NCBI RefSeq assembly: GCF_902459465.1
Contig: NC_047066.1
Span: forward strand, 17,794,001 to 17,858,000
From: Asterias rubens
Lineage: Eukaryota
Length of the DNA stretch: 64,000 nt
Reading direction: 5' to 3'
Shown: piece by piece, positions 59,442-64,000 of the stretch
Position numbering within the stretch: the first letter of the stretch is position 1
Layout of the letters: each line of letters begins with the position of its first letter
Notes under the pieces: model-generated
The model's database searches: none
The model's input: only the letters and a program-made list of their open reading frames with translations
Told to the model about the DNA's origin: nothing
Made by a program: the position numbers and the translations under genes

Positions 59442-61847
59442 ATGACTGCTGTCAACAGGGCCCGGAAAGACAGAACTATCAGAAAATTCACACCTGTAAG
59501 TTAAAAAACCTGGATATATTTAAAACTACTGTAGTACTAGTTTCCCTAGTTTCAATTATTTTGAACAGTTACTGAACAATTTTCTGCCTTTGAGTCTAGA
59601 ACTGCGGGTCAGTCAATGACCGACACACGTCAAATAAATGCTGGTGTTATTTTTTGCAATCTAATCTGCCACACACACCACACACACTGCCTCATCAGAC
59701 GTCATAAATGACGCATAATACTGCGCGACTTACGGAAGTCTGTATGTTTACTCAAAAAGGAACAATGTACCCCACAACGTTTTTCTTTGTTTGACTTGAA
59801 CCCTACAGAGGAATTCTTTAGAAAAAAAGGGAATGAAGCAGTAGTAGAAGTTTTAGAACTAACTAAAATTAAACTAGCCTGTATGATGATGATGAGGTTC
59901 GTTGCGCTATCGTCTTCACGTGGAGACGATAGCGCATCATTATAGTCCACGGAGTTGCAGCCAGGACCCAACAAACCAACATCCTTCTGCAATTTGAGCA
60001 GACACAAAAAGGGGGTGGCAAACGGTTTTATTTTGAAACAAAAAGTGTAACTGTTATAAGGTTTATCGCGAATAGCAAAATATCAAGAGAGGGCGCTGTT
60101 GAACCCACACAAAGGTATAGGCGTTGCGTGCGCGAGTCGTAGAAACTGCATAGAAACCGCCCCATTATCCTTCCCACAATGCATTGCGTTTCTGAATTGC
60201 GATAAACCTTATGTAGCGGAATCTAGTGTAGCCCCCAAAACTCGCGGTGATGAGTTTGATTTTGGCAAAACGTTTGATGGCATCACCGAAGTACTTGCAG
60301 TTTCCTCACATTCAAAATAAAGGAAAATGCGTGCTAGTACCTTCTGCCTGTTAAATAAAAATAAGGTTTACATGACTGTATTATGTCTGGAGGAGTACAC
60401 ACGTTCCAACTCACGAATGTTCTGACACACGAATGTTTCGACACACCAATGTTCCGACACACCAATGTTCCGACACACCAATGTTCTGACACTCGATTAT
60501 TTCGACATTCGAAGGTTCCGACACACCAATGTTCCGACTCACCAATGTTCCGACATTCGAATATTCCGACATACGAGGGTTCCGACACACCAATGTTCCG
60601 ACATTCAAATATTCCGACATACAAAGGTTCCGACACACCAATGTTCCAACACCTCCAGTGTATTTTCCTAACCCTAACCCTAACCTTAACCTAGCATGTA
60701 ACTCATGAGGGGGTTGTTATTGTTTTTGGAACATCGGGAGGGGCCCGGAGGGCTGTTGGACAACTGGAGTACTGCTCTGGAGTCATACGACAAGATTTGA
60801 TACTGCAGTGTGAATGTATTTTTGTGTGACTCATAATAATCTACTATTCTTTATTTGAACTCTAGTCATTGCATGAGTCTCCTTACACAGAGAGTGATTT
60901 TGGCAGTGGTGTAAGACAAGCATGCCTCTCTAACAAAACAGGAACAGTGGGGTAAGTGTTTTATCTATGTCATTTATTGGTACATAGTCCTTATCCATTT
61001 CATTGACCCATGACTTCCCTACAGAAAGAATCGGCTATCAACAGTTTTCTTGGTTTTCACTTTAATATGACTGCTCTTCATACTCAATGTACCATGTTTT
61101 TAACTAATGTATCTTTAGTAACTATGTTTTCTAACCATTAGTTTTGTGAACATTATTCTTCTATGTCCTTCTTATCTCAGCCTTTGCCTAGCTCCACAAT
61201 TTGCCTTTGTCTTTTTGTCTTATACATTGTTATGTTTTGTAACTAAACTGTTTCTACTGGTCAGGGGTCAATTTTGTTTGTTTGAGGGTCACTTTTTGTT
61301 ACAACACAGCACTTTGTTACCATCCTTTGTTGAGACTGTGCTGGACTGTATATCAAACTATCAAGTTGTCTTTCTTCATTGCATCTGTTGAAGAGACGTA
61401 AGCTCAAATGCAGATATTTAGTTATTACTAGTTATTGAGTGCTACATTAAAAAAAAAATTTTTTTGCAATGATCTGACTGAGAAGACGGCTAACCACCAC
61501 TTTTTTGCATTAAACATGAACTCCTTTATATCCCTATGAGCAAATAATAAAGTTGTCATGACCGGAATTCGAACCCACACACAGACAACTTAGCAACCAA
61601 AACACTGATACAGTAAACCCCTCGGCTGGGAAAGTAAAAGTTTACCTTGTTATTATTATTGTTATTTTTATGTACATAGATTAAAAGTCTCCAAGACAAT
61701 AGTAGTAGGTGATGTTTCAGTCGGGAAGACCAGCCTTGTACATCGTTTCTGCCATGAGTGTTTCGATAGGGACTACAAGGCCACCATAGGAGTAGACTTC
61801 GAAGTGGAACGGTTCGATATACTCAGTGTGCCTTTCAACTTGCAGAT
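59442..61847 (+). CDS. RAB34: Rab34/Rab36-family small GTPase, 5' part (gene continues beyond window)
   Basis: Exons 59442-59495 (MTAVNRARKDRTIRKFTP), 60866-60951 (...ACLSNKTGTVG), 61680-61847 (LKVSKTIVVGDVSVGKTSLVHRFCHECFDRDYKATIGVDFEVERFDILSVPFNLQI). The P-loop, switch I and N-terminal extension are typical of Rab34/36; the two vertebrate paralogs cannot be distinguished here. Confidence 0.88.
60403..60745. repeat. 16-bp minisatellite array plus CCCTAA-like tract plus inverted unit (Helentron/HINE-like architecture)
   Basis: 15 exact-length 16-bp units (consensus GTTCCGACACACCAAT) at 60403-60642, cctaaccctaaccctaaccttaacc at 60667-60691, and inverted ggaacatcgg at 60728. Confidence 0.85.
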
Positions 61848-62089
61848 GTGAGTATTTAAAAAATGTCAGTGTTCTATAGTCCAAAATGTGTAGTGATGTA
61901 CACCACGCCACCATTGCTGGGATGTTGAGCAAGGTGCCTACTACGTGTAGACAATGTGACCTGTGACATCACATGTTTACAAAAGAGCCACAGAGCCTGG
62001 ACTTCCTGCAGGCATGATTTGTACACAGCATAATGGAAAAAAACATAAAATCTTTTATTTTTATGTCTAATTCTTATCAACTTTTGATA

Positions 62090-64000
62090 TAAGGCCGAAC
62101 AAAATAATAGTTGTGTTTCCGGTTACCCGACCGTCCCTAGAAAATCACGCCGACCCTACATGTTTTTATTCATAAAAACGATATAAAATAAAATCTTATG
62201 GTGCCGACCCTAAACCTCATTTTTGTGCACATCGTCCTGGATTTCTTCTTCGTTTTTTCCTTTATTTTTTTACTCATTCAAACATGAATGTCGGACACTT
62301 CGAACCTTTTCCATTTCGTACCTTGGTCATTTCGATCGTACCACCACGTAATTTCGTGAGCTAGCTTCTACAAAAGTACAAGTCGTTCCAATTCCGTCGG
62401 CAAATTCAGTTGTTGTGTTACATGTTCTATCAGTGTGCTTAACTTGCGCAAATTGAAGATATACCTACGCAAATTAAAACATTTACGTGCGCGAATGTGC
62501 ACAATTTTCAACTTGCGTGATTACTATTTTGCGCGGTTCTGTGACGTGTTTGGGCTCGTCGAAAAAGGAGCGTAGGGGTGTTTCAAAAATTTATAATGCC
62601 AATTAATAAGCTAAATCTGCAGATAAAGTTGTAATTTGCAGATGAAGTTGACATTATAATTTCTGAAAGGGTTTTTTTGTGTGCGTATTTTCAATTAATT
62701 TAGGCTCCATTAATAATGAGGAAAGTGTTTTGGAAAATGTTTGACTTGACGTCACCTCCAAGTCCAATGACAGGAAACTTTTCACAGTTGGGTACCAGGC
62801 AATGTAAAACGTTGGTCAACATGAGTGTGTTTTGAAAGCTCACTTGCTATTGGTTGTGAATTGTTTTTGCCCACTTACTGGCCAATCGGGATAACGCACA
62901 TATTATTGTGGGTCAACACAAGCTTGGTGCCCTGCTTCTGGCTGCAAACACGTGTGATACCACGACGCTTTCGATCGTGACTCGACTGACTGCTCGAGGC
63001 CGTGTGTTTCCTCGCAGTATAGTTTGCAAGGCCGTTTGCAACATGGCGGCACCGGGGACAGGGGGAGTGTTCGCGTTGACGTGGGATAGATGCTCCCACA
63101 AGTTGACCACTACAAACATGATGCGATCGTTACCACTTGAATCAACAATAAACTCTGCATTTACATTAGGACACCCGGACACAGAAGACAAAATACAGGC
63201 CTTCGCACAGCAAGTACATCAACTACCAACTTTACAAACAAATTTGATGTAGACTTGCTACTTACATTTTTATCTGTTCTGTTGCTTATTATATTACGTG
63301 TTAAACGTGCAATCAATTATTTGTGTTGGCAATGCATGCCAAAGTTTCTCAAGGGACAAAAGCAAGGGCACAAACAATGCATTGAGGGGTGTTAATTTAG
63401 GACAAATCTATACATGTTCATGGATGTATTGTGACCAACACATTAAAAGAAAAATATATGCATGATAATAGAAATATATTTATTTCATATTTTAAAGTAT
63501 CTGGTAGTAGTTGTGGTACAAATGAATTTTATATTGCCATTTATTGTCTTTTGTGTATTTATTAAGAATGCTGGACTCTGATGCTGCAAGGGATCTTGCA
63601 TGGTGTTACCACAAACCTCACATCTTTCACGGATTATATTTATTTATTTACGTACATATTATAAAACAGCAATAAAAACATGGTGGTGTTATTTGTCTTT
63701 GAAAGAATGGTGACATGTTCTTGTGTTTTTATTTGGACTCAAACCATCCACTTTCTACTGGTGTTAAGTCAGATACATGCATTGAATCAGTGAATAGACA
63801 GTGCTGATAGGTACTATTGACATACAATAACAAATTTGACATGGTCAGTCTTTAAATTAAGTGCGCAAAAAAAAAACATTTAGGAACATTAGCCTACCCT
63901 AATTTTCGGAGCCATAAAAACTTTAAGCAAAAAAAAAAGATATTACCCCCCTACCTACCCTATTCCCATCCACAGTGTAATAGGAAACACAACTATTATT
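62090..64000. mobile_element. Large TIR DNA transposon (at least 1.9 kb) in RAB34/36 intron 3
   Basis: Left taaGGCCGAACAAAATAATAGTTGTGTTTCC; the window ends in GGAAACACAACTATTATT, the exact inverse; subterminal ccgaccct/ctaccct repeats. Confidence 0.75.

Noticed and set aside
60667-60691. Telomere or chromosome-fusion site
   Set aside because: Only about 4 imperfect units embedded in a dispersed repeat inside an intron

Overview
An AT-rich, intron-rich metazoan genomic window. The repeat content and gene structure suggest an invertebrate deuterostome, probably a sea star or other echinoderm (inference). Six housekeeping genes lie in strictly alternating orientation, forming three head-to-head pairs. 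(1) PAFAH1B1/LIS1 (-; only the 32-nt first coding exon MVLSQRQREEL and 5' UTR exons are in the window, and the ORF track misses it) faces METTL16 (+, 7 coding exons, 633 aa). (2) EIF3C (-, 19 coding exons, about 1060 aa) faces Elongin B/ELOB (+, 122 aa). (3) GLTP (-, 203 aa) faces RAB34/36 (+, first 3 coding exons). Exon chains were checked by hand for GT-AG ends and phase continuity. Introns and intergenic DNA are dense with non-autonomous DNA transposons (TTAA-flanked Kolobok-type, PIF/Harbinger-type with TWA, CWG or AT targets), tRNA-derived SINE-like repeats, L2-type LINE tails, minisatellites and recent short tandem duplications. The strongest leads are: a LIS1-METTL16 divergent pair matching the human 17p13.3 arrangement but compressed to about 0.4 kb; uORFs in the LIS1 leader; three eIF3c splice junctions duplicated into adjacent introns, one copy differing only at synonymous sites; a long RGG/YG tail with a candidate GC-AG last intron and an E/K insertion in eIF3c; a THAP-domain relic inside a TTAA/TIR element; CTCF-like motifs in several MITE families; and only 239 bp between the GLTP and RAB34/36 start codons. 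There is no CRISPR array, rRNA or convincing true tRNA. All homology calls come from recalled sequence knowledge, not database searches.
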